Positions 9,667 to 17,913 of a stretch of DNA of 32,000 bases are shown here, in pieces. The notes beneath the pieces are model-generated. The model did not search any database. It saw only the letters and a list, made by a program, of their open reading frames with translations, and was not told the DNA's origin. Every line of letters begins with the position of its first letter. Position 1 is the first letter of the stretch. The translations under genes and the position numbers were made by a program. The DNA lies in contig NZ_LN831024.1 of assembly GCF_001457615.1 (NCBI RefSeq), positions 4,020,001 through 4,052,000 on the forward strand, given 5' to 3'. The stretch is from Pseudomonas aeruginosa (GTDB lineage: Bacteria; Pseudomonadota; Gammaproteobacteria; Pseudomonadales; Pseudomonadaceae).

Positions 9667-9709
9667 GGCCGTAGCTGCCCGCCACTAGTGTCAGCTTCCG
9701 GCCAGAAGC
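9667..9709 (-). repeat. Right copy of 43-bp inverted repeat
   Basis: Reverse complement is identical to 2806-2848; similarity weakly extends inward (AATAACGGAC vs GTAATCGGAC). Confidence 0.95.
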
Positions 9710-9809
9710 GACCCTTGGTTATCTACGAACTCAGGGCCCATTCAGTAGCCGTGGCAAGAAAGTCGGTGTTGGTTATCAGAAAATCCCGCAGGCGGCAGTT
9801 GCGGAATAG

Positions 9810-10289
9810 TCAGAGCCAGCGGCGAACCTCGGCCTTGTAGCGGCGGTAGTCGTCGCCGAACTTTGCTTCGAGATAGCGCTCCTCGCGGGCGATCACCTGC
9901 GTCTGGATCGCGACCAACACCAACGGAAGCAACGCGAAGGCGATCGGTCCGTCGAAGCCGACCGCAAGGCCTGCATAGATAAGCGCCATGCCGAGATACA
10001 TGGGATTGCGGGTCCACCGATAGGGACCGGTCGTTGCGATGAGGGTCGTTGGTCGCGACGGCGGAATGTTGGTGCCCATACGCCGGAACAGCCCCGCCGC
10101 CGCAAGCATCATTACCGCGCCGGCAGCGAACGGCAGCGCGCCCATTGCGATCAGCAACCACCAATCGATGCCGAAAGAGTGCAGGGCGACGAACCGATCC
10201 GCCGCCAGCCCCAACAGCAGCGCTCCCAGATAGATGAAGGGCGGAGGGAAGCGCACCCCCGCGCTGTCCGGCTCGACGGCCATGTTCAT
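9810..10289 (-). CDS. Isoprenylcysteine carboxyl methyltransferase (ICMT)/PEMT-like membrane protein
   Basis: Signature TTGPYRWTRNPMYLGMALIYAG...REERYLEAKFGDDYRRYKAEVRRWL. Confidence 0.85.
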   Translation of the reverse strand: MNMAVEPDSAGVRFPPPFIYLGALLLGLAADRFVALHSFGIDWWLLIAMGALPFAAGAVMMLAAAGLFRRMGTNIPPSRPTTLIATTGPYRWTRNPMYLGMALIYAGLAVGFDGPIAFALLPLVLVAIQTQVIAREERYLEAKFGDDYRRYKAEVRRWL

Positions 10290-10304
10290 CTCCTCTCTAT
10301 GGGC

Positions 10305-11198
10305 TCAAGCCAGCATCGACTGCTGGGCGAAAATACCCGCCATCGCGCCCTGCGATGATGCCTGGGTGACCGAGGGCAATATGGGGGTGGTGAGATCGCC
10401 GGCGGCATAGATGCCAGGCGTGCTGGTTTGGCGGCGCTCGTCGACCTTGAGCACGACGCCGGTGGGCGTATCCATCGTGGCAAGGCCCAACGATTCATGC
10501 AGGTTTGCGGACGGCTTGTTGCGCGGATGAGCAAACAGGATGTCGACCGCGACAGTGGAGCCAGTGTCGAGATTGACGGTAGCGATATGCCCCTGGTGAT
10601 GGGCGATGTCGACGATCCGTCCGTCGACGACAGGTATGTTGCGGTGCGCCAGATCGGCCTGGATATCAGGTGTAATGTCGTGACCATCGGCAAAGACAGT
10701 CAACCTGTCGGTCCAATCGAGGAACAGCCTGACCTGGTTGTGCGATTGCGGGCCGGACCACACGAGGCCCCAATGCTGGCCGGCGGCTTCAAAGCCGTCG
10801 CAATAGGGGCAGGGGACGATGGACGTGCCCCAACTCTCGGCAAAGCCTGGAACATCAGGCATCTGATCGGCAACGCCATAGCTCAGGATCACGCGGCGGG
10901 CCTTTAGGCTTTCGTGATCGTCAGTGACAACGCAGAAATCGTCTATTACGCCAGAAATCTTCTCTGCCCGGGCATTGACTAGCCTGACCGTTGGATAGCG
11001 CGTCAACTGCTGCCGCGCCGCGGCCAGGATGTCCAGCGGCGGCGTGTGATCGTGACCGAGCAGACCATGCGAATGGCCGGCAAAGCGGTTACGCGGCCGA
11101 CCGGTATCGAGAACGATGACCTTGCGACGGGCACGGCCGAGCTGCAAAGCGGCGGCGAGACCTGCAAAACTTCCGCCGATGATGATGACGTCATTCAT
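10305..11198 (-). CDS. NAD(P)/FAD-dependent oxidoreductase, thioredoxin-reductase-like
   Basis: Start MNDVIIIGGSFAGLAAALQLGRARRKVIVLD (FAD GxGxxG-type), CPYCDGFE redox motif, and GIYAAGDLTTP near the C-terminus. The 129-aa upstream extension in the ORF track crosses the promoter region and is unlikely. Confidence 0.9.
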   Translation of the reverse strand: MNDVIIIGGSFAGLAAALQLGRARRKVIVLDTGRPRNRFAGHSHGLLGHDHTPPLDILAAARQQLTRYPTVRLVNARAEKISGVIDDFCVVTDDHESLKARRVILSYGVADQMPDVPGFAESWGTSIVPCPYCDGFEAAGQHWGLVWSGPQSHNQVRLFLDWTDRLTVFADGHDITPDIQADLAHRNIPVVDGRIVDIAHHQGHIATVNLDTGSTVAVDILFAHPRNKPSANLHESLGLATMDTPTGVVLKVDERRQTSTPGIYAAGDLTTPILPSVTQASSQGAMAGIFAQQSMLA

Positions 11199-11255
11199 GG
11201 TGATGGGCTCCGCTGGAGGGCAGGTTGTAGCCAAGCCCTTGGATTGCTCATTTAA

Positions 11256-11271
11256 GACACTGAGTGGTATC
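11256..11271. promoter_or_regulatory. Operator-like palindrome 1 (GACAC-N6-GTATC)
   Basis: GACACTGAGTGGTATC in the divergent promoter region between the oxidoreductase and tetR genes. Confidence 0.6.
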
Positions 11272-11287
11272 CTAAACCTTAAATTAA

Positions 11288-11303
11288 GATACTGTAAAGT
11301 ACC
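11288..11303. promoter_or_regulatory. Operator-like palindrome 2 (GATAC-N6-GTACC)
   Basis: GATACTGTAAAGTACC, same architecture as palindrome 1, offset 32 bp (about 3 helical turns). Confidence 0.6.
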
Positions 11304-11309
11304 AATATC

Positions 11310-11954
11310 ATGACCGAAACCATACAGGCACGGCGCGGTCGGCCCACCAACGAGGCGCTTGCCCAAACGATACTCGACGCCGCGAGCGAACTTTTTGTGG
11401 AATTGGGTTTTCAAGCGACGACGTTGGACAAGGTCGCCCAGCGGGCGAAGATATCCAAGCTCAGCATCTATAGGCGTTTCGAGAACAAGGAGGCGCTGTT
11501 CAGCGCAGCCATCGCGGCCGGCTGCCAGCAGTCGTTTGCACCACAGGCCCTGCTTGAAGGTGTCGAAGGTTCGGTCGAAGACCAACTTATGGCGGTGGGA
11601 ACATCACTGCTGCGCACGCTATTGAGACCAGACGTCAGCAGTATCGAAGCCATGGTCATGGCCGATAAAACGAGTCAAAACGCCCTGAGCAAGTGCCACT
11701 ACGAAGCCGGCGCCGCTCATGTCATCGCCGACATCGATGCCTTGTTGCGCCAACTTCACGCGAAGGCGCTTCTCAACGTGCCCGATCCCCTCCAAGCCGC
11801 CCGCTTGTTTGCCGCGCTCTTCAAAGGCTCCGATCTATTGATGATCGCCCGATTCGATCAGGCGAGAGCAGAGGACGAAATAGAATCCTATTGCCGATCG
11901 GCCGTCGCCATGTTCATCGCCGCGCACGGTCGCAGCGACCACGCGGGTGGATAA
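11310..11954 (+). CDS. TetR/AcrR-family transcriptional regulator
   Basis: TILDAASELFVELGFQATTLDKVAQRAKISKLSIYRRFENKEALFSAAI HTH domain. Confidence 0.92.
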   Translation: MTETIQARRGRPTNEALAQTILDAASELFVELGFQATTLDKVAQRAKISKLSIYRRFENKEALFSAAIAAGCQQSFAPQALLEGVEGSVEDQLMAVGTSLLRTLLRPDVSSIEAMVMADKTSQNALSKCHYEAGAAHVIADIDALLRQLHAKALLNVPDPLQAARLFAALFKGSDLLMIARFDQARAEDEIESYCRSAVAMFIAAHGRSDHAGG

Positions 11955-11972
11955 GCATTTAATTGCTCCGAG

Positions 11973-12089
11973 GCAGCTCGGCCCAGGCTTGTGTTTGCGC
12001 TTTAGGGGCCGCAGCGGAATCACAGGCTGCGTCCGATAACTGTCGCAGTACTGGCGCAAGTGCTCAACATCGTAGCCTGAATCGACCAT
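11973..12089 (-). pseudogene. Fragment of IS5-like DDE transposase
   Basis: MVDSGYDVEHLRQYCDSYRTQPVIPLRPLKRKHKPGPSC resembles the internal DDE block (xDSGYDxxxxRxxxxxxxxxPVIP) of IS5-family transposases; no surrounding intact ORF. Confidence 0.65.
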
Positions 12090-12131
12090 AGATTCGTCGA
12101 CTCCTTCAAGCTGCTGTCTCTGGCCAGGAGC

Positions 12132-12155
12132 GGCTGCTATTGGCCGATTGCAGCC
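12132..12155. repeat. Near-palindromic GGCC-centred element
   Basis: GGCTGCTATTGGCCGATTGCAGCC, 24 bp with 2 mismatched pairs. Confidence 0.6.
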
Positions 12156-12253
12156 CCTGACGAAAGCCCCCAAGCCCCCTCGAAAGTTCCCCCTCCGGTT
12201 TCGGACGGCAGCTCTCTAGCCTATCCTCCCCCGCCACAACAGCAGGAGGTTCC

Positions 12254-13090
12254 ATGCCGGTTTCGTTACCCTTCGAGCAAGTCGATGTCTTCTCCGAACA
12301 GCCCTTCAAAGGCAACGCCGTTGCCGTGGTGATTGGCGCCGACCGCCTGAGCAGCCGGCAGATGCTGGAGTTCGCTGCCTGGACCCAGTTGAGCGAGACG
12401 ACCTTCCTGCTGCGGCCGACCGTTGCCGAAGCCGACTATCGCGTGAGGATCTTCACCCCGCTGCGGGAGTTGCCCTTTGCCGGGCATCCGACGCTGGGGA
12501 GCTGCCAGGTCTGGCTGAACCAGGGGGGCGGCAATGCTGCTGACGAGATCGTCCAGGAGTGTCTGGCGGGCCTGATCCGCATCCGCCGCAAGGGCGCCTT
12601 GCTGTCGTTCGCGGCGCCTCCCCTGCTTCGTGGCGGAGCGGTCGAAGACGAGGTGTTGCGACGGATCGAGAGCGGGCTTGGCCTGTCCCCGGGGCAGGTA
12701 CTCGGCAGCCAATGGGTGGACAACGGACCCGGCTGGGTCGCCGTTCGGCTGGCCACGCGTGACGAGGTCCTGGCCATTCGCCCGGACTACGCGCAGCTCG
12801 ACGGGCTCAACGTGGGGGTGGTCGCACCCTGGCAAGGTCCCCAGGCGGAGGCGGATGTGGAAGTGCGCGCCTTCATGGGCGAGGAACTCAATGAAGACCC
12901 CGTCACCGGCAGCCTCAACGCGAGCCTGGCGCAATGGCTGATCGGCACGGGAGTCATGCCCGGGCGCTACACGGCGAGCCAGGGCACGGCCTTGGGTCGC
13001 CGGGGGCGGATAAGCGTCGAGCAGATCGGCGGCGATATCTGGATCGGCGGTGAGGTGCAGCCGGGCATGTCGGGGCAGGTCGTGTTCTGA
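12254..13090 (+). CDS. PhzF-family isomerase-like protein
   Basis: FEQVDVFSEQPFKGNAVAVV, WTQLSETTFLL, RIFTPLRELPFAGHPTLGS and QG..LGRRG are PhzF signatures; preceded by AGGAGG. Confidence 0.92.
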   Translation: MPVSLPFEQVDVFSEQPFKGNAVAVVIGADRLSSRQMLEFAAWTQLSETTFLLRPTVAEADYRVRIFTPLRELPFAGHPTLGSCQVWLNQGGGNAADEIVQECLAGLIRIRRKGALLSFAAPPLLRGGAVEDEVLRRIESGLGLSPGQVLGSQWVDNGPGWVAVRLATRDEVLAIRPDYAQLDGLNVGVVAPWQGPQAEADVEVRAFMGEELNEDPVTGSLNASLAQWLIGTGVMPGRYTASQGTALGRRGRISVEQIGGDIWIGGEVQPGMSGQVVF

Positions 13091-13250
13091 GCGGGACGGC
13101 GTACCCTGTCCTTCCCCATTACCTGGCCGACCTGGATCGGCGTCCGGCATTGGACGGAAATGCCTGCCCATGACAACGGGGCCGCCTTCCCTCTGGAAGC
13201 ACCCTCCCTGCCCACCGGGCCCGCCCAGGCCCGGTGGCTCCGCCCTCCCC

Positions 13251-15737
13251 TCACCAGTTGTGCGTATAGCTCGCCGTCAGCACCGTGCCCGGCGCCGGCA
13301 GGTGGCTGGTGTTGTTGTTGTTGCGCAGCAACTGGCTGTAGAGCGGGTAGTAGTCGCGGTTGAACAGGTTCTGGATGCCCAGGCTCAACTGGTCGTCGGG
13401 GGTGATGCGGTACTGGCTGACCAGGTCGACCGTGGTGTAGGTGCTGACCTGGCGCCGGCCGAAGCTTTCCACGCCGTCGAGACGGTAGTCCTTGGAGTCG
13501 AAGAAGGTGGCCTGCAGGCGGTTGTTCCAGTCGGCATCCGGCTTGTATTGCAGGTAGGCGGTCAGCTTCAGCGGCGGCACGCGGTAGCCGGTCATGTCCT
13601 GCCAGTCCTTGCCGTCCGGCTTCTCGCGTCCGCGCATCCAGGTGGCGCTGCCGCCCGCGCCCCAGACTTCGTCGTCGCTGAGCCAGTCGGCGCTGGCCTC
13701 GACGCCGTAGATGCGCTCCTTGGTGCGGGTGAGGATCAGGCCGTTGTTGAAGCTCTGCACGTCGCCCAGCTTGGAGGTGGTGTAGAACAGCGCCAGGCTG
13801 CCCAGGGTGTTGCCGCCGATGGCGCCGCGCCAGCCGAGTTCGTAGTTGTTGGTCTTCACCGGTTCGAGGTTCGAGGAGCCGATATCGAAGCCACGGCGGG
13901 CGTTGCGCAGCTGGATGCCGACGTCGGGCAGCTGGAAGCCCTGGCTGAAGGAGGCATAGATTTCCTGGCCAGCCACCGGCGAATAGACGATGCCGAGGTT
14001 CGACAGCACCGCGTCGTAGTCGAGGTCGCCGCCCTTGACGGTCACCGGCGAGGCGGCCTTGGACTCGGAGAGCGGGATGAAGTCGTCGAATTCGGCGGTG
14101 GAGTATTCGTAGCGCAGGCCGCCGTCGATCGACCAGTGTTCGTCGAAGCGATGCTGCAACTGGGCGAACGCGCCGGCGCTGCGGGTGCGTAGCGGCGGCA
14201 TGTAGGTGAGCTTGCCGATCTTGTCGAAGACCAGCCCGCCGCTGGCGTCGTAGGCCGCCGGGTCGAACACGTCGAGCGGCATGTCGCTGCGTTCCTGGTT
14301 GTAGTCGCCGCCCCAGACCAGTTCGGTATTGCCGCTTTCGCCCAGCGGCGTGCGCAGGGTCAGGCGGCTGCCGAACACTTCGCTGTTCTGCATGATCTGG
14401 TCGACGTTGCCGCCGCGGGTGGAGACGGCGCGGGCATCGAACGGAGTGAAGCGGGTGAAATAGTCACGGTAGTAGAGCTGCGCGGAGAGCCGGCTGCCGA
14501 GGATGTCGAGGTTCTCGTACTCGAGGTTCGCCAGGGTGTTGCGGATGCGGTTCTGCTCGTCCAGCTCCAGGCCCTTGATCGCGTTGGCCGGGACCGAGCC
14601 CGGCGGCAGCCTGGCGACCCTCGGGTCGGTGGCGTAGTCGGTGTCCTGGCGGGCGTCGTAGTGGCTGAGGGCGAGCTGCACGCGCTGGTTCTCGTCGATG
14701 CGCAGGCCGAGCTTGCCGCCGATGTTGTAGACGTTCGAGTCGAACAGGTCGCCCTGGCTGGGTTCCGGGGCGATGCGGTCGCCATGGGCGTCGTAGGAAG
14801 CGCCGACGTGACGGGTGCCGAAGTCGAACGAATAGTCGAGCGCCCCCAGGGAGCCGGCGAAGTATTGCTGGAACTGGCCGCCGAGGCCATCGCTGCCCAG
14901 CCGGGTCAGCGGCGAGGTGGCGCTGAGGCGGGTTTCCGCGCGGTTCTCGCCGCCGGCCGGACGGGTGGTGATGGAGATGATCCCGCCGGTGGCGCCGCTG
15001 CCGTAGATGGCGCTGCTGCCACGGATGACCTCGATCCGCTCGATCAGCGCCGGGTCGATGTTGGCCAGGTTGCGCGAGGAGTCGCGGTTGGTGTTCAGCG
15101 GCACGCCGTCGACCATCACCAGCATGCTGCGCCCGCGCAGGGTCTGGCCGTATTCGGTGATGGTGCGGCTGGAATCGGACATCCCCGGCACCGCCTTGGC
15201 CAGCACGGTGGCCAGGCTGTCGGAGCCCTGGCGCAGCTCCTCCAGTTGGGCATGCTCGATGACGGTGGACTGGCGCGTGGCGGAGACCAGGTCGCTGCTG
15301 GTGCGCGAGGCGGTGATTTCCATCTGCTCCATGTCCAGCGGTTCGCTGCGGGCTTGCGTAGCGGGCACGGCGGCTTCGCTGGCCGGAACGACGATGAAGG
15401 TATGTTCGTCCCTGGCCTGCGCCTTCAGGCCGCTATCCCTGAGCAACTGGCGCAATGCCTCTTCGGGGGTGAAACGCCCCTTCAGCGCGGGCGCCTGGCG
15501 GCCGGCGCCGAGATCGCCGGCGAAAAGGATCTGTACCGAGGATTGCTGCGCGAGGGCGTTGATCGCCTGGCCGAGCGGCGCGGCGGGCAGATCCACGTCG
15601 AGCTTTTCCTGGCCCTGGGCCGACACCGCCAGGAGCAGGCTGCTGGCGAGCAATGAAGGACGCAGGTGGCGACTGCGGAGGGAAAAATGCACGTCTCGAT
15701 TTCCTATGCAGGTTGGCTTTTCCTGGATAGCCGCCAC
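13251..15737 (-). CDS. TonB-dependent siderophore receptor with N-terminal signalling (STN) domain
   Basis: Secretin/TonB short N-domain (VDLPAAPLGQAINALAQQSSVQILFAGDLGAGRQAPALKGRFTPEEALRQLLRDSGL), plug domain (VIRGSSAIYGSGATGGIISITTR), C-terminal ...TYTHNW barrel end. The true start may be a GTG slightly downstream (VHFSLRSRHLR). Confidence 0.93.
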   Translation of the reverse strand: MAAIQEKPTCIGNRDVHFSLRSRHLRPSLLASSLLLAVSAQGQEKLDVDLPAAPLGQAINALAQQSSVQILFAGDLGAGRQAPALKGRFTPEEALRQLLRDSGLKAQARDEHTFIVVPASEAAVPATQARSEPLDMEQMEITASRTSSDLVSATRQSTVIEHAQLEELRQGSDSLATVLAKAVPGMSDSSRTITEYGQTLRGRSMLVMVDGVPLNTNRDSSRNLANIDPALIERIEVIRGSSAIYGSGATGGIISITTRPAGGENRAETRLSATSPLTRLGSDGLGGQFQQYFAGSLGALDYSFDFGTRHVGASYDAHGDRIAPEPSQGDLFDSNVYNIGGKLGLRIDENQRVQLALSHYDARQDTDYATDPRVARLPPGSVPANAIKGLELDEQNRIRNTLANLEYENLDILGSRLSAQLYYRDYFTRFTPFDARAVSTRGGNVDQIMQNSEVFGSRLTLRTPLGESGNTELVWGGDYNQERSDMPLDVFDPAAYDASGGLVFDKIGKLTYMPPLRTRSAGAFAQLQHRFDEHWSIDGGLRYEYSTAEFDDFIPLSESKAASPVTVKGGDLDYDAVLSNLGIVYSPVAGQEIYASFSQGFQLPDVGIQLRNARRGFDIGSSNLEPVKTNNYELGWRGAIGGNTLGSLALFYTTSKLGDVQSFNNGLILTRTKERIYGVEASADWLSDDEVWGAGGSATWMRGREKPDGKDWQDMTGYRVPPLKLTAYLQYKPDADWNNRLQATFFDSKDYRLDGVESFGRRQVSTYTTVDLVSQYRITPDDQLSLGIQNLFNRDYYPLYSQLLRNNNNTSHLPAPGTVLTASYTHNW

Positions 15738-15769
15738 GGCGCGCGGGAAACCCTACCTGCGTCCGAGAA

Positions 15770-16612
15770 TTATTTTCGCGTCGATTTGCGTTGGATCTCG
15801 ACGCTGCCGTCCTCCTGCCGCGACACGGCCACGGGAAGGATGCTCGGCAGCAGGTCGAGCAGCCGGTCGGCGTTGTGCGCGGCGAAGACGCCGGTCAGCC
15901 GGAGGGAGGCCAGGCTGGGGTCGTCCAGGAGAATGGGCGCCTTGCGATAATGGCGCAGCAGCGCGACGGCTTCGCCCAGGGGCGTGCGCTCGAAGACCAG
16001 GCGGTCGTCTTTCCAGGCCATCGCCGTGGCGGCATCGACCTTGGCCAGCGGCATCAGTTGCCCGCCAATGGCATCGACCTGCTGGCCCGGCAGGAGCACG
16101 ACTGGCGCTTGCGCCGTAGCCGAGGTGCCGACCTCCACCCGGCCACGCTCCAGGGTCACGCGGACATCGTCGTCCAGGCGGCGCACGTTGAACCGGGTGC
16201 CGAGCACGCGGATGTCGGTCGAACCCACGGACACCACGAAGCGCCGATAGCGCGCCGGGGATACCTCGAAAAGCACCTGCCCCGCGCGCAACGCGACCCG
16301 GCGGCTGAGCGGGTGCCAACTGACCTCGATCTGGCTGCCGCTGTCGAGCAGGAGCTGGCTGCCGTCGGCCAGGGTCACGTCGCGCCGCTCACCGATGGCG
16401 GTGGCGAAGCGCTCGCGCTTGTAGGCCGGGTCCAGCCAGGCCAGGGCGCCGATGGCCAGCGCCAGCAATAGCGCGACGCCGGCCGCCTTGCTTGCCTTGC
16501 GCGATTTCGGCCGGGAGGGCGGCAGCGGGAACAGGTCCTTCAGCGCGTCGCGATGGCGCTCCAGGGCGTCGTCCAGCGGAACCTGCCCATTCCGTTTCGA
16601 GGGCTGGGTCAT
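15770..16612 (-). CDS. FecR-family anti-sigma/transmembrane sensor
   Basis: RFATAIGERRDVTLADGSQLLLDSGSQIEV...VSVGSTDIRVLGTRFNVRR; C-terminal STN-like segment; single TM (GVALLLALAIGALAWL). Confidence 0.93.
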   Translation of the reverse strand: MTQPSKRNGQVPLDDALERHRDALKDLFPLPPSRPKSRKASKAAGVALLLALAIGALAWLDPAYKRERFATAIGERRDVTLADGSQLLLDSGSQIEVSWHPLSRRVALRAGQVLFEVSPARYRRFVVSVGSTDIRVLGTRFNVRRLDDDVRVTLERGRVEVGTSATAQAPVVLLPGQQVDAIGGQLMPLAKVDAATAMAWKDDRLVFERTPLGEAVALLRHYRKAPILLDDPSLASLRLTGVFAAHNADRLLDLLPSILPVAVSRQEDGSVEIQRKSTRK

Positions 16613-17133
16613 GGCCGTGCCTCGCCGCGGCCGAGCCGTTCCCGGCAGGCCGCCAGTCCGAGGCGCAGGTGCTTTTCCACGGTCTTGACGGAGATGCCGA
16701 GGCGGTCGGCGACTTGCGCCTGGGGAACTTCGTGGATCTTGTGCATGACGAAAACGGCCTGGCAGCGAGGAGGAAGCGTGGCGATGGCGTCGACCAGTGC
16801 CTGGAACTCGCGCTCGGCCTCATGGCGACCCATGGGCGTCGCCGCCATGCAGGCGACTTCCGGAAGCTCGGCGACGGCTTCCACCCAGGCGGTTCGACGA
16901 CGGTCGCTACGATAGCGGCTCACGGCGGCGTCGTGGGAGATTTTCCGCAGCAGGGCCAGGGGCGTGTGCACGTCCTCCTTCTCGTCGCGTTCGAGCAACT
17001 GCACGCACACGTCGTGCACCACTTCGCGCGCCATGCCCCGGTCGCCGAAGCGCCGGCGAACATGGTCGACCAGTTCCTCGTAGTGACGAACCAGTGTGGA
17101 CAACAGCGTCGGCTTGGCGGGATCGAACGGCAC
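16609..17133 (-). CDS. ECF sigma factor (FecI-type, iron-starvation)
   Basis: LSTLVRHYEELVDHVRRRFGDRGMAREVVHDVCVQLLE ... LPPRCQAVFVMHKIHEVPQAQVADRLGISVKTVEKHL. GTG start at 17133 inferred from homology; overlaps fecR by 4 nt. Confidence 0.9.
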   Translation of the reverse strand: MPFDPAKPTLLSTLVRHYEELVDHVRRRFGDRGMAREVVHDVCVQLLERDEKEDVHTPLALLRKISHDAAVSRYRSDRRRTAWVEAVAELPEVACMAATPMGRHEAEREFQALVDAIATLPPRCQAVFVMHKIHEVPQAQVADRLGISVKTVEKHLRLGLAACRERLGRGEARP

Positions 17134-17179
17134 GATGCACCCAGGAAAGGAGCCTGGCTCCGAAGAATGGGGGTCGAGT

Positions 17180-17198
17180 GTAAATGAGAAACAGTCGC
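17180..17198 (-). promoter_or_regulatory. Candidate Fur box upstream of ECF sigma gene
   Basis: GTAAATGAGAAACAGTCGC matches 13/19 positions of the classic GATAATGATAATCATTATC-type box (compared with GATAATGAGAATCATTATC). Confidence 0.45.
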
Positions 17199-17325
17199 AG
17201 ATGAAAGACCGGTCATCGTCAGGGATTGCCTGGGTTGGCGTGCGTAGCGGGCAGGTGGCTTTCGCCCGACCGCGCAACTGCCGAGCCAGGGCGGAGAGGG
17301 ATCCCCTTTTCGCCCCGCTACTCAA

Positions 17326-17346
17326 CCCCCCGGCCTTGCCGGGGGG
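17326..17346 (-). terminator. GC-rich hairpin downstream of small ORF
   Basis: CCCCCCGGC-CTT-GCCGGGGGG, perfect 9-bp stem; located just after the stop of the 17362-17685 ORF (minus); no strong T-tract. Confidence 0.5.
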
Positions 17347-17361
17347 CACCGCCTCCGTCGG

Positions 17362-17685
17362 TTATCGGTGTCTGCGTGCGTATTCCGCCTCGAACAGTGA
17401 CAGGGCGTCGCTGAGCAACGACAGCAGGGAACCGGTGATGCGGCAGATGCTTTCACCGGGCTCTTCGGTTTCGTCGAGCAGGTCGAGGACGCTCAGCGTT
17501 CCGATCGCCGACTCCAGCCGGCGGCGGGCGGTGTCGAACAGGTCTTCGCTGGCTGCGCTGCTGTCCAGGTAGAGGGTGGCGCAACCGGGGTGCTGGTTGC
17601 ATTGCGAGGTGCGTCGCAGGGGGATGAAGGTGGAAGGGGACTGTGCGGTTATTGCGGGATTCGACGTATCATCGGCCTTAGCCAT
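17362..17685 (-). CDS. Small conserved-type hypothetical protein (possibly DUF6124-like)
   Basis: 107 aa: LFDTARRRLESAIGTLSVLDLLDETEEPGESICRITGSLLSLLSDALSLFE; family assignment tentative. Confidence 0.6.
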   Translation of the reverse strand: MAKADDTSNPAITAQSPSTFIPLRRTSQCNQHPGCATLYLDSSAASEDLFDTARRRLESAIGTLSVLDLLDETEEPGESICRITGSLLSLLSDALSLFEAEYARRHR

Positions 17686-17913
17686 GGGTCAGCTCCTATC
17701 GTTAAGCTGGTCTCTGGTTAGCGGGTCGTAGGTGTTCCTGCACCTGCGGCTCGCGTCTTTTCTGCCCCCAAGAAAACAGACTTGGCGACCCCTCCATCTT
17801 CCTCCTACTGGTTTTTTATCCAATTCCTGGGCGTCTGAGAGAGGCTGCGGAAAAGTCTGGGGGAGATGTCCGGCGTTTCCAGGGCATGTCATCCGCCGCT
17901 GTCACGGGTATCC

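Noticed and set aside
11199-11585. 129-aa N-terminal extension of the FAD oxidoreductase in the ORF track
   Set aside because: It overlaps the divergent promoter and the start of the tetR gene; the FAD motif begins at MNDVIIIGG (11198).
14661-15656. 331-aa plus-strand ORF (and 15007-16119, 370 aa) opposite the TonB receptor/fecR genes
   Set aside because: Antisense shadow ORFs in high-GC DNA; Arg/Ala/Gly-rich composition with no domain motifs, while the minus-strand genes have clear family signatures.
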